From NCBI GenBank assembly GCA_977030845.1, contig OZ365118.1, positions 10,540,001 through 10,604,000 of the forward strand: a stretch of DNA of 64,000 nt, in the 5' to 3' direction. The notes under the pieces are model-generated. The model searched no databases, was not told where the DNA came from, and saw only the letters and a program-made list of their open reading frames with translations. Origin of the DNA: Fimbriosthenelais zetlandica (Eukaryota). Within the stretch, counting starts at the first letter, position 1, and every line of letters begins with the position of its first letter. A program made the position numbers and the translations under genes. This document shows, one piece after another, positions 12,967 through 25,135 of this stretch.

Positions 12967-13173
12967 AGGTGCCTACACACTAATCTGATTCTCCAATCCG
13001 TCGCCATCCGATGCCATATTTCCAATTTCTGACATCCAATGATTGAAATTGTGTCAGTTACCCTTACCAAAGGGACTGTTAAAATTACAAGCATTGGGTG
13101 TGAACTGAAAATATAGTATCGGACAGCTATCGAATTGAGCCGGATGGAGAATCGGATTGGTGTATGGGCACCT
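12967..13173. mobile_element. MITE family B copy (207 bp, AG termini, TTAA-like target; Kolobok/T2-like)
   Basis: ATTA|AGGTGCCTACACACTAATCTGATTCTCCA...TGGAGAATCGGATTGGTGTATGGGCACCT|TTAA; body homologous to copies at 22531 and 53242. Confidence 0.8.
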
Positions 13174-13544
13174 TTAACGTGATGCAGAATAACCCTATGG
13201 TAGAAACATGAACATCTCCAGTTCATAGTTTGCAGACTTAAAGTCGGCCCGGCAGATTCTCTTTAACCAAACTTATTTCTGTGATGTTCACATGACATCT
13301 GGCATGTCCAATTAATTTCAAAACATTTTTTGTTAATCATTTTGTGTGCTTTCCCTGCTCGACTGTCAGTGTGATGATTTGCCAAGCATAAGGAGAGAAT
13401 TGACGTGAGAACGACGACAGGCGTGACTACGAGATGCCAAGACTGAAAACTGTTACGATTCACTGAATCCATGATCTCTTAAGGAGGGTCTATACAAATT
13501 CAAGTCTCGGGTATAGACCTTTAACGTAACAGTAAAAAGTACTT

Positions 13545-13639
13545 ATTGTGTCATGGCTTGTAAATGGAATTAATTGTGTCATGGCTTGTAAATAGAATTA
13601 ATTGTGTCATGGCTTGTAAATGGAATTAATTGTGTCATG
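13545..13639. repeat. 28-bp minisatellite, 3.4 copies
   Basis: ATTGTGTCATGGCTTGTAAATGGAATTA repeated with one substitution. Confidence 0.95.
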
Positions 13640-14454
13640 CCACTTGTTTTGCCCCTCGCGACAGTTACGGTGCGAGGATAGGAACTCGTGTTTTGTCAAT
13701 GCATAGTCACACCAAGTTTAGTGTTTGTCTTTAGACTCTCTTGGCCCTACTTGGTTCTCATACACTACTTGTGTAAATCAACACTAAAGTGAATCCACAC
13801 TCATATGAGACATTGTATGGTTATGACAATCAACTCAGAGACGGAATTTGGCTGTAGAATGTTTGCCTTTACCCTTCAGTATACCGCCCCTTAATACCAG
13901 TAATAATAACTGCGGGGACAGCCAAAAACTAATGTAATATAAAACCCACATTGCTTTATCTTGTATACATCTGAAGTACTTTGCAATTCACCACAATTTC
14001 AACAGTCACTCTCAATGTTTCCCGGCTCACTCTGCCTGCTTTGTGCTGCCAAGGGAATTAGCAGACGAGACCCAGCCTGATTAAGAGCAATTAGTCATTT
14101 TAAAGCTGCGACTGTATGATGAACTTCTGGCAGGGAAATGGCTTCATTACCAAAATAGAACCAGCCTTGTACATTCAATCAAGGAAGCTTCTGCTGGAAA
14201 GCTATTGAAGTGCTCTGAGAGGAAGGTCTGTGTTTGATCTACACAAGTTTGTAAGAGATAAAGGAAGTGCCTGCATAGTTTAAATACCATGAGTCAGATG
14301 AGTTGGGTGCAAGTTCAATAGATTTCAATCTCACGTCCTTGATTAAGATTTTTTTGAAGGTCTCCCTTGTAGAGATTCGTGAGCATTGCATTTCTTGGAT
14401 TGTTGAACTGATTAATTTAGTGCAGTATTTTGCACATGTATACAGTCCACCTAC

Positions 14455-14568
14455 CTGTTTGGGGAAATCAAGGTAAACGATTGGTCATTCACTTCCCGAA
14501 TCAATGTCACAATGTAGTGCAAGCCATTTCCAGCCAATATCAAATCAGTGTCAGGGTCCATGACCATA
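14455..14568 (-). CDS. Candidate 114-nt exon, phase 2-2, MVMDPDTDLILAGNGLHYIVTLIREVNDQSFTLISPN; unknown product
   Basis: Acceptor CGTTTCTTTTAG|T, donor AACAG|GTAGGT; only one of three frames is open; no recognised homology. Confidence 0.2.
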
Positions 14569-16004
14569 CTAAAAGAAACGTTCATTTTTTTAAATCCATT
14601 ACAGGGCATTCACATCTGTTCATCCTTCAGTGTTCCTTAGAATCTGATATGAAATAAATAGTTCCTTTCAGCATCTCCGATTTCATCAATCCATGAGAAA
14701 AATAAGTATAGTATTACCAGTATAGAACAAAGGCAGGCGGTTGTTTGTGAAATCCGAAATTAAAATTTCAATAAACAAACAACTGGTGAAATGATAGTTT
14801 ATGCAGTACTGGAATTGGCTGTCCGCACTTGTGGCCAAACCTGAAGCAAGGTTCAATGTATCGAGCCTCCAAAGACAATGTCAGAACTAAGGTTGATGAA
14901 GGAATAAAGCCTTCAGATCAATGGAAATAATAAGCATAAATTTGCTGATGGGTCGTAGGCTCATGGTAGGCTAGATCAAAACATAGGTAATATAATCAAT
15001 AATGATTACTGATGGCATAAAATAGTATCACAATACGATGCACCTCAACTAGCTTCATGATTTCAATTTAGTTCTGGCGCTTGAAACACAGTCTCAATTC
15101 AGTATACTTCTTCCGTTCAAAAATCTTTATCGAAAACAGCCTCTTCCATAAGGATATTCGTGAAGAGTTTAAGAAAAAATAAAGTTAACCCTGATCATTA
15201 ATTCTGTACTAGAGGAACCAATGGATCTCCAATTTCCTTCCTCTCTTATCTACCAACTGCATTATAGATTCAACTATTTTTCTTCACTTTCAATTTGAAG
15301 ATTGTGCTGAGCTCGCTTCAAGCAATGGACAAAATGCACCCACAACGAGGCCAGCCAATATCCCATGTCTTAAGCCCAAATTCCACCAAACCGTTTCTTG
15401 AAGTACTGATACATCAGTTGTGTGTCAGTCATTTGGCAGAAACAACTAAACTGCTCTGCCTGAAAAGCACCAAAGTTTCATGTCTTTTGCCACATAGGCC
15501 TACATTGGAAGAGATGAATGGCCTCTAACACCAAGCAGTGTCTTAACAATTAATATGGCAACTCAGTGGATAAACTTTGACCAAAGATTGCAAGTTATTT
15601 CTGTCCCCAATGTTAAGGTCATTCCGTTTGTGGTCAAATGAGCACACTCCCTCAGATGTAAGGCAGATAGACCAGTTGCTCAAATGGTCAAAGCTTTGTT
15701 TTCTTCCAGGAATTATGTCCGATTACAACATTTATTAAAGGAAACATGTACCACTTTCTAGGTCAACAAAATACCAGAGGGGGAGATTAAACAATATGGT
15801 CGTCGTCAGGGAGGGCGTATCGCAATGTGCAATGAGGTCTATCGCCATTGAAAAATCCAGTAAGCCATAGACCGATTCCTTACAAGGAAAGCTTAATTAA
15901 AGTTTTTTTTCTGATCAAAAGAAAACTCTTTTGCACTATTAACTCCTAATTTGAAGTTCAATTATTGAGCATCAGATCCGTGACCAACTGTCACCTGCTA
16001 AAAC

Positions 16005-16190
16005 CTTCCACTTCCGGAATGGCCTCACCAAACCGGAAGGACATTCACACTACCCCAACCGCCACCTATATCACCATGGCAACCACTGCTTGTTGCACGG
16101 CCATTATGGCCGCCAGGTTGATGACTTCCTTCCCAGGAGGACATCTGGTGGCACTGTTTAGTACTGATCCCGGCGGCCATTTTAATGAAC
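16005..16190. promoter_or_regulatory. Promoter/enhancer-like motif cluster (ETS, RFX X-box, YY1, CTCF-like)
   Basis: CACTTCCGG 16009-16017, ACCGGAAG 16032-16039, ATCACCATGGCAAC 16070-16083, GGCCATTATGGCCGCC 16099-16114, CATCTGGTGGCA 16142-16153, GGCGGCCATTTT 16172-16183. Confidence 0.5.
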
Positions 16191-16946
16191 TCTTCTTTTG
16201 GTGAGGTATTCCTACGCCATTGCTAACACACTTCCTTCCCGGCCCCTGGGAGGCAATTACTAACAAAGTGGATGCTAGTGCGTGATTCTAAACCTCAAGA
16301 TCAGGCACCATTCAAGAGATACATGTCAGGGAAAAGCCTTACAAAAAGGAACCTTAAATGAAGTGAATGAACACCTAATATTGCCAAGAATTAGAATGTA
16401 TCTTTTTTCTTTGTAAGAGAGAAGATCATAGATACCCATTCTGGTCCTGAGTGCAAGGCTCTTCTTATATATCCGGACTACTTTCTCTTGCTTAGCTCAG
16501 TTTAAGTAAAGTTTGTGTATTTTTTTCATGGCAATCCCGACTAGATATACCCAGGTCATCCACTTATTCTAAAGCTTAGGACGCAAGGAGGAAGTCTGGA
16601 TTACACAAGCTTTGGGGACAGTCATTTACTCATGAATTAAGACCAAAAGAGCTTTTTCAAATAAAGTTTCAGGTCATTTAAAAGACATGCATTTACTTCA
16701 ATTTTATCTGAACAAACAGAAGTGTGGCGAAAAAAAGAAAGATCTGAGATGGATCCGTGAGTAATTTTTGCTGATGGTATGAACAAAAATTATATATTCC
16801 TATTGACTAAACAGGGTTTGTGATGTACCCACGGCGAAAATGACAAGGTGGACTATTCAAGCAATAAATATTGTAATAAACAAAAGCTCCTAAATCAGAG
16901 ATAAAGTCGACTTTCTGGTCGGGATACATAAGCTGCATGGGACATA

Positions 16947-17147
16947 CAATATGACCAAAAACTATATGTACGCTTTCAAAACTTATACTTTAAATAAAAT
17001 TAGAACAAAGCAACTTCTTTCACTGTTCCTTCTTAGCCATAGCGAACTGCCTTTCATTTGTCCATATTCACCAGTCAGCTTTATATGAAAAACGACTACT
17101 CACAAATATCATGTTATCCAAGATACAGATAATTTTTGGTGATAGTG
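16947..17147. mobile_element. MITE family A copy
   Basis: TA|CAATATGACCAAAAACTATATGTAC...GATAATTTTTGGTGATAGTG|TA; imperfect terminal inverted repeats. Confidence 0.7.
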
Positions 17148-17346
17148 TATAAGCCAGGAAAGATTAGAGAATGTTAGACGGACAGGTTCTCGGTTGCATT
17201 AGGAACCCCTCACAAATCAAGCCTTCTATACAGCTCCTGCATGTTTTATGGAGTCATCCTCGACTTTACAACATAAGGCCTGTCTCCCGAACACATTCAC
17301 TGCTATTTTTCATCAGCTGACCTCCTCCTGGTTGAGCTGCTCTTAC

Positions 17347-17368
17347 TCCTTGTAGGGGACATCGAGAG
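17347..17368 (-). CDS. Candidate 22-nt microexon, phase 1-2, (A)LDVPYK(D/E)
   Basis: Follows a ~350-nt pyrimidine tract on the minus strand; acceptor CTTTCCCTGCATTGAGCAG| (GAGCAG tandem acceptor), donor GGA|GTAAGA. Confidence 0.2.
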
Positions 17369-17384
17369 CTGCTCAATGCAGGGA

Positions 17385-17735
17385 AAGATGAGAGGAGAGG
17401 GAGAGAACATAAAGAGAACAGAAAGGAGGAGAGAGCAGAGGAGAGAAAGGGGGAGGGGAAGAGGAGCGAGATTGATAAGAGAGACAAAAAACAATCGAGG
17501 GAAGAGCTGGGAGTAGCAAGAGGGTGAGGGAGATTATGATAGGAAAAATTTGAGGGGAGAAAGGTAGAAAAGGAGAGAGAGAGAAGAGAGAGGTAGGGAA
17601 GGGAGAGTGGAGAAAGGGGCTGGATGGGAGTGATGGAATGAGGTAGGAGACTGGCAGAGGGATGGCAGCAAAGAAGAAAGAGACATAAGAGAGGAGAAGA
17701 AAGAGAGCCAGGGAGAGAGGGAGAGGAAGATCTAT
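17385..17735. repeat. GA-rich polypurine tract
   Basis: About 350 bp dominated by A/G; source of the L/S/P/F-rich ORFs 17266-17795. Confidence 0.9.
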
Positions 17736-18267
17736 AGAAGGACCCAGTTTCTCATCTACAGGAGGAGTTTGTATGGGGAATATCCAACAAGCCATTAGTG
17801 GCTAAGACAAGCTAGAAACGATCAATTCATCCCCTGGGTGCTCCGTTTAACCGCCATTAAGACATTGTAAGGCCTGGACTTGCTCCCAGCCCTAAATTCT
17901 GTTTTTTCTTCTAATTCAAAACGATTCACACATTAATTCTCTCCAGTGAGTTTCGCCATTTGAAGGATTTATTTTATATTATTAAGAACCATGTCCATTG
18001 ATCTATTGTCCAGACGCATGCATGTCGGTCTGTCAATACCGTTTCCATAAAACCAACTGGTTTGTGACTCTCCTAGAAAATAGTCCGGTATTTTGGCTTT
18101 GAAGGAAGGAGTTGAGGAGCAAAACAGAAATTAGCCATAGACTTAGCATTGCTAATTTTCCTTTTGAAATAGACCCCAGATTTCTGTTTTTTTCTTTTGT
18201 AAGAGGGCTATTATAATGTGAAACAGTACATACCATAGAAGGAAACCAATATATACTACTTCATGGC

Positions 18268-18308
18268 ACTTACCTGCAAGAAAAAAGAAATGTCGATTAA
18301 TATCAAAA
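18268..18308 (-). other. Candidate recursive splice site (3' splice site fused to 5' splice site)
   Basis: Minus strand reads TATTAATCGACATTTCTTTTTTCTTGCAG|GTAAGT: branch-like TTAAT, pure pyrimidine tract, 33-nt AG-free zone, CAG immediately followed by the consensus donor. Confidence 0.45.
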
Positions 18309-19593
18309 CTGCAGCAGGAGAAATTAAACAACATAATGAATTGCTATAATAAATAGTGCAGTAGATCTACAAGAATACCCCCATAATTGATACGTTTTAG
18401 AGTCTGCCATCTTAATGGCCATTTTTCGTCTCCTTACAAATTAAATGACAATATTGGACATATCACATTCTTGAAGAAAACATTAATCTTTTTCTTTTAT
18501 ACCCAAGCCTATCCATCATCTCCACGGTGCCTCTTGGTAAATTGGTAGATTATTCAAGAAAGAAGTACCGACACGCAGTAATTAAATTATATGGACAATA
18601 AGAACCAGAGCCCTCGGTAATGGCAATCTTGGCTCTGTATAGGTTGCTAATCGGCAAAATCCATATTCAATCAGAAAGCGTTATATATTTATCTATTTCT
18701 CTGAACTCAATTCTTGCTGTATAAAATTCAAAGTTGTTTCTGGCAATTTAGTTTTAACTAAAAATGATTTAAAAATCATTTTATTTTATTTTGGCACACC
18801 ACAGTATCATATTAATTCTCGCCATAATGATAATTAATCAATATATGGACCCAGTATGCCACCTAGTAATGAAGGAAAACAATAAGTATGGGCAGAGCTC
18901 ATCAAATTATTTGTCTCCAATTAATCGTAGCTGTTGGCTGGTTGATTGATCGGACGGGAAAATGAGAGAAAGATATGGTCAGAGTTTTCTAATTAGTCAT
19001 ATCCCCCAAGACAAGTTTTTTGTAGTCGAAAATAACTGTTTTCTCCTCATGGATGCATACATATCTGTATCTTCCTAGTTATTCCCATTTCGTAGTTTGG
19101 TTTGGTTTGATCGAGATCTAACATTGCAGTAACAATGAAGGAACATGGCCAACTCTTCTATATATTGTTGCTTTACATGCCTCTCGACAGAAACAGTGCT
19201 TGGACGCATGGCTGGCCTTATAAATAGTAAGTAATTCTCTGCTATCAAGCGACACAAGTGTATTAATAATCATAGAAAAATTGCATTACATTTACAGTAA
19301 ATGTTTGTTTACAACTCAGTAAACTAGCTTAGTATGTTCAAAGCCTAAAAGGTGGATGATGGCAAGATGGCGAAATTCACTTACATCCATATAGCTCTAT
19401 AGCGTAGCTTGGTCCACCGGGCAATATGGCGGACCTATTTTAAGTTGATTATTCTATTAAGTATAGGGCCTCAACGATTAGGCTGGGGAGGGAAGTTATG
19501 CCGGGGCTTGTAATGGATGTTGAATCTCAGGAGGATATGTTTGAGTGGTGATGCAAGGAAGAATTGTTTCACTATTATGATTATAGAAAACTA

Positions 19594-19794
19594 CACGATC
19601 ACCAAAAATACTTGTACTCCTTAAACATTGTGGACTGATATTTCACCCATAAAAATTGATGAAAGTGACCACTTTTAACATCGACCGTTCTGTGTAAGAA
19701 AAGATCATAGTTGTAACAGTGAAAGTTGTTACTTTCTTCTTGATTTCAAAAAAATAGTGTGTTTAAAAGTGAACCATGAGTTTTAGTGATTGTG
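19594..19794. mobile_element. MITE family A copy
   Basis: TA|CACGATCACCAAAAATACTTGTAC...CCATGAGTTTTAGTGATTGTG|TA; internal GTTGTAACAGTGAAAGTT shared with other copies. Confidence 0.75.
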
Positions 19795-22530
19795 TAGGTC
19801 CCTCTTCATTTTCCTATTCACTCTTGAAGCTTCATTGTATATGAACACAAGCCACCTTGAGGCATATTACCATCACAGAATCCTCCTTTCAGAGTATCTT
19901 AACACAGAGAAGATAAGTCCCTTACTGCTACAACTTCACTTCCTGCTTTATGCTAACGCATCTTTTGTTGCTTTTTCACATCCCTTGAATTTGTTTTTAT
20001 TATATATTAACTAACTTGATTTAGAGCCCAGAGAGTATTTTTAAAGCCCAGATTTCTTTCATTAAAGCATGTATCTTATATCTTATGAAGAAGAATGCTC
20101 TATTGCGTGTATATTAGTAAGAGGAACCTGTGGAGTGGAGGCGGAGCAGTAGTCAATCTAATATGGCTCACACTAGGAAGCAATCAAGCCAGAAAGATGT
20201 TCAGTTATGCACTTATTAGCATTCCCAGCATAGGCACTGCCAACAATCTGTTGTCCCATTGCTGAGGGACAAATGAGATGACCCGAGGGCGTCAGAGAGG
20301 GCTCATCTCCAGGCATTGTGTCCATCACATAGGGCACATCATGAAGGCTGATGGGTGCCTAACTGGCAAATGACATTATCTGGTCATAAAGCTCCCGTTC
20401 TCCAGCATTAAAGCCGGCTTATGGAGATCGAGGTATCAAGCAAATCACCTCATAACGCCCTCGCTTATCCCTGCTTCAATTATTGCTATATGACACTGGC
20501 CTCTGGCAGAATATTTCAAAATTTCCGAATGGACGTTTTCGCCTGATATTAAGTGAGACCTTTGGTTTAAGCAATAACAATTTTATTATTATGATGTTAC
20601 AATATCTTACTAAGATACAATATCTAAGATATTCAAATACCGCCAGATTTGTTTATAAATTGATGCATTTTCACCAGTTTATTAAATTATCATAAAAATC
20701 ACTGCCCAAAATTCATCATGCCTTCCGAGATGCACAACTATTATTTTGATACTGTATACTATATGAAGGGTAGAAGGCTGGTGAGAGAGAGCACACAATA
20801 AGGCTGAAAGCTTGTCTTGCACTCTACCATTCAATCCCCGAACCACTGACAGACTAGTCTGCCCTGAATTCCAACCACCGGATCTAATAAAAAGCCACCT
20901 CTCCATCCTCATGCCTCTTGCTCTGGAATATCAAGTTGGAGCTGCTCACATATGCTCCTGGTCAGAGGGGCGCTGATTACTGGCAGGCTGAGGCCTGGTG
21001 GTCAGCCTGGACTAAGCTGACCGGTGCCAAGGAGGACACGGCTAAAAGTCATGGCTCTAGAAGTGATGAAAATTTCATCGACCAACCCCGAAAACTTTAT
21101 TGACTATCCCAGAAGGATTGGCTCTGAATGATTCCTACTAGTTCACTGACTTTTATATGAAGAAACACCAAAGGATGTTGTGAACTGCTATATAATTGCC
21201 ATCCGAACTCAATTACATCAGAGGAAGCAGTCTCGGAATCCGTCTAGGACATGAAACAGACAAAGCTACAACAGAGATGGCTACTTAACATCCCTATTTC
21301 TGGAATAAACTCACCAGATGTAAACCACTTAAGAATGCTGGATCACCCAGTTGAGTGAGAGCACTACTAACATCTGCATTAGCGTTTTGGAAAGTTAAAG
21401 CACTTCCTCAAAGTTTAAAATCTTAACCAGTCTTAAGCAGTTAAAAAGATCAATTATTTCATCAACTCTGAAGCTGAGACCTTTGCTTCTGATTATGTGA
21501 CCCTGCTGATGGACATAAAGAAACGTCAGTAAAAAAAGATTAAAGAAAAGAAAGATGAAGGGAAAAAATCCATTTCAAAAGATCAAATTAAAGTCATTTG
21601 GGTTTGAACGAGAAAGAAGATACCTCCCCCACAGTTTTAATTTCACTTCCCAAAGGTTACAATTCAGTGCAGGTGTTATGAAAAGGTACAATGAATGGCA
21701 GAAATGAATTTAAAAGCATAATCAAATCTCCCTTTAGACGAATTTACAGTCACCAAAAATATTTTTTCACAAAACTATGTTCATACATATCCAGATCTAT
21801 TCGCTATGCATAGATAGCAAAATAACTACTCAAAAATCCGGGTGTTTTTCAAGGTGCACCAAACTTCTATTTGGTGGCAATGCATTTGTTTCTCAGGCCA
21901 ACAGCCTGTTCAAGCATTGCCCCCTTTCTTTGAATCCTCGTGTCCTGACCCTATATACGTTCAAAAGCTCATATTTCACAAACACTTGTTAATTTATAAT
22001 GGACCCTGTTTCCATTTGAGGCGTGTCGTGGACAGCCAGCTACGTCAATTATTGGGACCTAATGGATGTAAAACAAGCTTGCGTGTATCTAATACTACCA
22101 TATTTGTTCTATGCACGTATCCATCAAAATCAACTGACACGCTCTGCATTATTACAAGCTCAAGTGTGCAGTGGTGGTCACATCAACCCATGGGACCCTT
22201 GCTTTAAGTGCCTGGAAGGTTTGTATTATATCATAATATTATAATAATGTAGTGAATCTAGGTTAGTGAGTCCAGTACACTATTGCCCAGCTCAGGTTTC
22301 GTTTTATATCCTGGCCTTAATTGGACTTTATTGATTGAGCGGTAATATCAATTAGGTGAATCAATACATCTAGGCGGTCAAGTGGTTATTATTTGTAATG
22401 GGGAAATACTTTTGGGCCAGGGCGATAAACGACTATTCTAGAAAGGATAATTGGATAAAACACTTCAGGAGGGTCCATATATAATTGAACCCGAGAAAGG
22501 GTTATAATGCATTATTAAACTCGACACTAA

Positions 22531-22706
22531 AGGTGCCCACACACTAATCCGATTCTCCAATCCGTCGCCGTCCGATCCCACATTTCTAATGACATCCAAT
22601 GATTGAAATTGTGTCAGTGGTTGGCCTTACATTGGTGTAAAGAACATTGTGTGGAAATAGAAATATAGTGTCAGATGGCACCGGATAGAGAATCTGCGCG
22701 CTAACT
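22531..22706. mobile_element. MITE family B copy, right end degenerate
   Basis: CTAA|AGGTGCCCACACACTAATCCGATTCTCCAATCCGTCGCC...GACATCCAATGATTGAAATTGTGTCAG shared with the 12967 copy. Confidence 0.75.
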
Positions 22707-22738
22707 TGGTGTCAGCACATAATTGTAGAAATGGCTCA

Positions 22739-22802
22739 TTTTCATGCCTCTCACCATAGATAGTTGGAGGCATAGTTGGTGTTTAATATCCCAGTTAACA
22801 GC
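22739..22802 (+). repeat. Family D copy
   Basis: TTTTCATGCCTCTCACCATAGATAGTTGGAGGCATAGTTGGTGTTTAATATCCCAGTTAACAGC. Confidence 0.7.
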
Positions 22803-23239
22803 AATGGGTGAAGAAAGGACAATGATGCATTTGGCAAATTGCCTCCCACACTGATCAGAAACGATTTATAAACACACTTTTTCTCTCCTATTCTAATTTC
22901 GGCTTAGTACATGGATACACTTCCTAACTTAATACAATTGAGGCATGGGTCTATTAATAATTTACTAAAAGCAGTTCTCGATCGCCTTTGTCTGCAGAAC
23001 AATAATGGTCAAAGTGAAAATCCTGGTCTAAAACAAAAGAGTTATTGAGCTTAAGCAGTCTGAGATAGATTTGACCTCTAAGACAGCAATGGGCTAATAC
23101 GAGATAATCAGCCAAAACAGAGCTAGAATTTCAACTACTTAAAGCTGAATGGAGCCATCTAACTCAGAACAGACTGCATGTTAAGAGTTAATTGGCATTT
23201 CAGACCAGCTTATTTAGTTCGGACAAAATCCCCAGTCTA

Positions 23240-23459
23240 CAGTATCAGCAAAAATCATTGTTCACCTTGAAAAAAAAACAGGATGTATTCATGGGCAACG
23301 ATTTTAACATTAATGCATTACGAGACAATAAAATGGAGGTTGTTTTTGGAAATTGTTTTAAATAGATTCTGTACGAAAAGTTCTCAGTAGGATGTTGCAA
23401 GAATGTATACATACAAAGTGTATTTTTTTTGAGTGTACAAATAGTTTTTGGTGATCATG
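23240..23459. mobile_element. MITE family A copy
   Basis: TA|CAGTATCAGCAAAAATCATTG...GTGTACAAATAGTTTTTGGTGATCATG. Confidence 0.65.
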
Positions 23460-24196
23460 GAGGCTTGCGAAATTCACATTCACTGCACTTCGAAGTGCTT
23501 CAATTTGACAGTTCGAAAAATCAATCCAAGGAGTTGAAATGATTGTGACGTGTAAATGTAGAAGAATTAAGACTAGCACAGGGTGCTTTAAGTTTACTTG
23601 GTCTATTTACGAATGGCAAGGACAAATCCGATCGATAATGTGAATAGGGACATCTAAACATAGAATATTAACTGTATTGACTTCAGTATCATATTTGTAC
23701 ACCATGAAGAAATTGACTAAATATTTAAAGGTGTAGGGTGGACCTTTTGACCATGGCGCATGGAAACTGTATAGCACCAAAGGAACTCCTCACACTAGTA
23801 CTTTCCATATTTTCTTCCCATGTCAACACATCCATGGAGATTTTCTCCGGAAAATAAATCATTACCAATTCTGCATGTCAAGAAAATATGATGCATCTTC
23901 GCCAATAGAATTAATCTTTGAACTTCTTCATGAAATGTCTTTCGTCAACCAATGGAATATTTCTGAGCTTATTGTGAGTGATTTCAATTGAAACAATTTC
24001 AAGAGCTATGAAGGGCTGCTCCTCAATGACCTACTCTCTATGATAATTTCCAGTTTTCAATCCTTCTGCCCTTGATTCAACCTGGAATAAAAGGTCGTTC
24101 ACCCACCAGGCCGACAGGCACTGACCGACCAGATTTCAATCATCCACAAAACAAACGGACGGATGGAAAATGTGTAAACAATATAAGGATCGAGTC

Positions 24197-24280
24197 TGGG
24201 AGGGAATAGTGGGGGAGAGGGTAGGAATAGTGGGGGAGAGGGATGGGGAGGTGAGATGGGAAGGAGAGGAGGTGGTGGTA
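24197..24280. repeat. G-rich tract with short duplication
   Basis: GGAATAGTGGGGGAGAGGG x2 plus further G runs. Confidence 0.85.
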
Positions 24281-25070
24281 TGATGAGCAGTTCTGTTGAT
24301 TATCACTTGAGATTGGCTGCCATTATGTGATAGTGTTTATTCTTCCTGACAAAACACCTAACGAGCAACTCACCCAAGACTGAGCAGCTCACTGAAGACT
24401 GCCTCTCGCCACCTATAGGTCTTTCCCACTTAATAATAGGCTTTTCCCCCACCCACGGAATCCATAAAAGCAGTCTATATATATAGGTCTTTAACCTAAT
24501 AACTGACATTTTGTCTTCTATGATTCGAGACTTTCCCATGGACTCTTTATGGTGAATAACTAACATTTTCTCAATGGCTCATAATGGTTTCTCATAGTTT
24601 TTGTGAATGATACTTCACCCGAAATCAAATATCAAATATCTAGTATTATTCAAGTTTCATACCAGAATAAAGTCATCATAGTGAGGCTAAATATGGGAAA
24701 CGACATTGTAGCTTTTTAGGCATTTCTGTATCTTTTCTTTAGATCTGTTTTCTTTCTATTTTATTTTGGTTCGAAATAGGACTAACCTTACAAGGTTGTG
24801 CAATGTGTGGGTGCTATGTTATATATAACACTTTGATAGTCTTTCAGAACCTAACACACCAGCCTTTGAACGTCTTCCTAAAATATCTCAGTAGCTGACT
24901 GTATAACATACGATGTCACCTAATAATGCGTACATTTTTAACACAAGGACTTCCTGTAACAACAGACAAAATGTTCATGTTTTTTCAAGATATTATAATT
25001 CATATAAATACAGACCCCCAAAACAAATCCAGATTAAGTTATGTATGATGGAATATCATGTATGCCTTAA

Positions 25071-25074
<4 letters not shown>

Positions 25075-25101
<27 letters not shown>

Positions 25102-25135
25102 CGAAAGAAAGAGAGAGATAGAGAGAGGGAGAGTC
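25075..25135. repeat. (GA)n microsatellite
   Basis: Interrupted GA run. Confidence 0.95.

Noticed and set aside
13545-13639. Short direct-repeat arrays (also 1106-1168, 31970-32131, 51509-51634, 52976-53043) considered as CRISPR-like
   Set aside because: Units are contiguous without unique spacers of CRISPR length, no cas genes, eukaryotic context.
13698-13712. Partial matches to mature miRNAs (miR-153-like TGCATAGTCACA; miR-190-like GATATGTTTGA at about 19534)
   Set aside because: Only 11-12 nt match and no precursor hairpin.
17266-17795. Longest ORFs (up to 140 aa), rich in L/S/P/F; likewise 5600-6018, 57358-57741, 2453-2672
   Set aside because: They are translations of GA/CT or G/C low-complexity tracts, which lack stop codons for compositional reasons.
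21842-22207. 121-aa plus ORF after TTTGTTTCTCAG acceptor; similar 133-aa ORFs at 1176-1577 and 26189-26590
   Set aside because: No recognisable domain, unbiased codon pattern, partly overlapping repeats (26189 ORF starts inside a MITE).
23911-24030. Minus frame containing IVSIEITHNKLRNIP, which fits one leucine-rich-repeat consensus
   Set aside because: Single repeat, closed by stops after 39 codons, purine-rich non-acceptor upstream, no neighbouring LRR exons.
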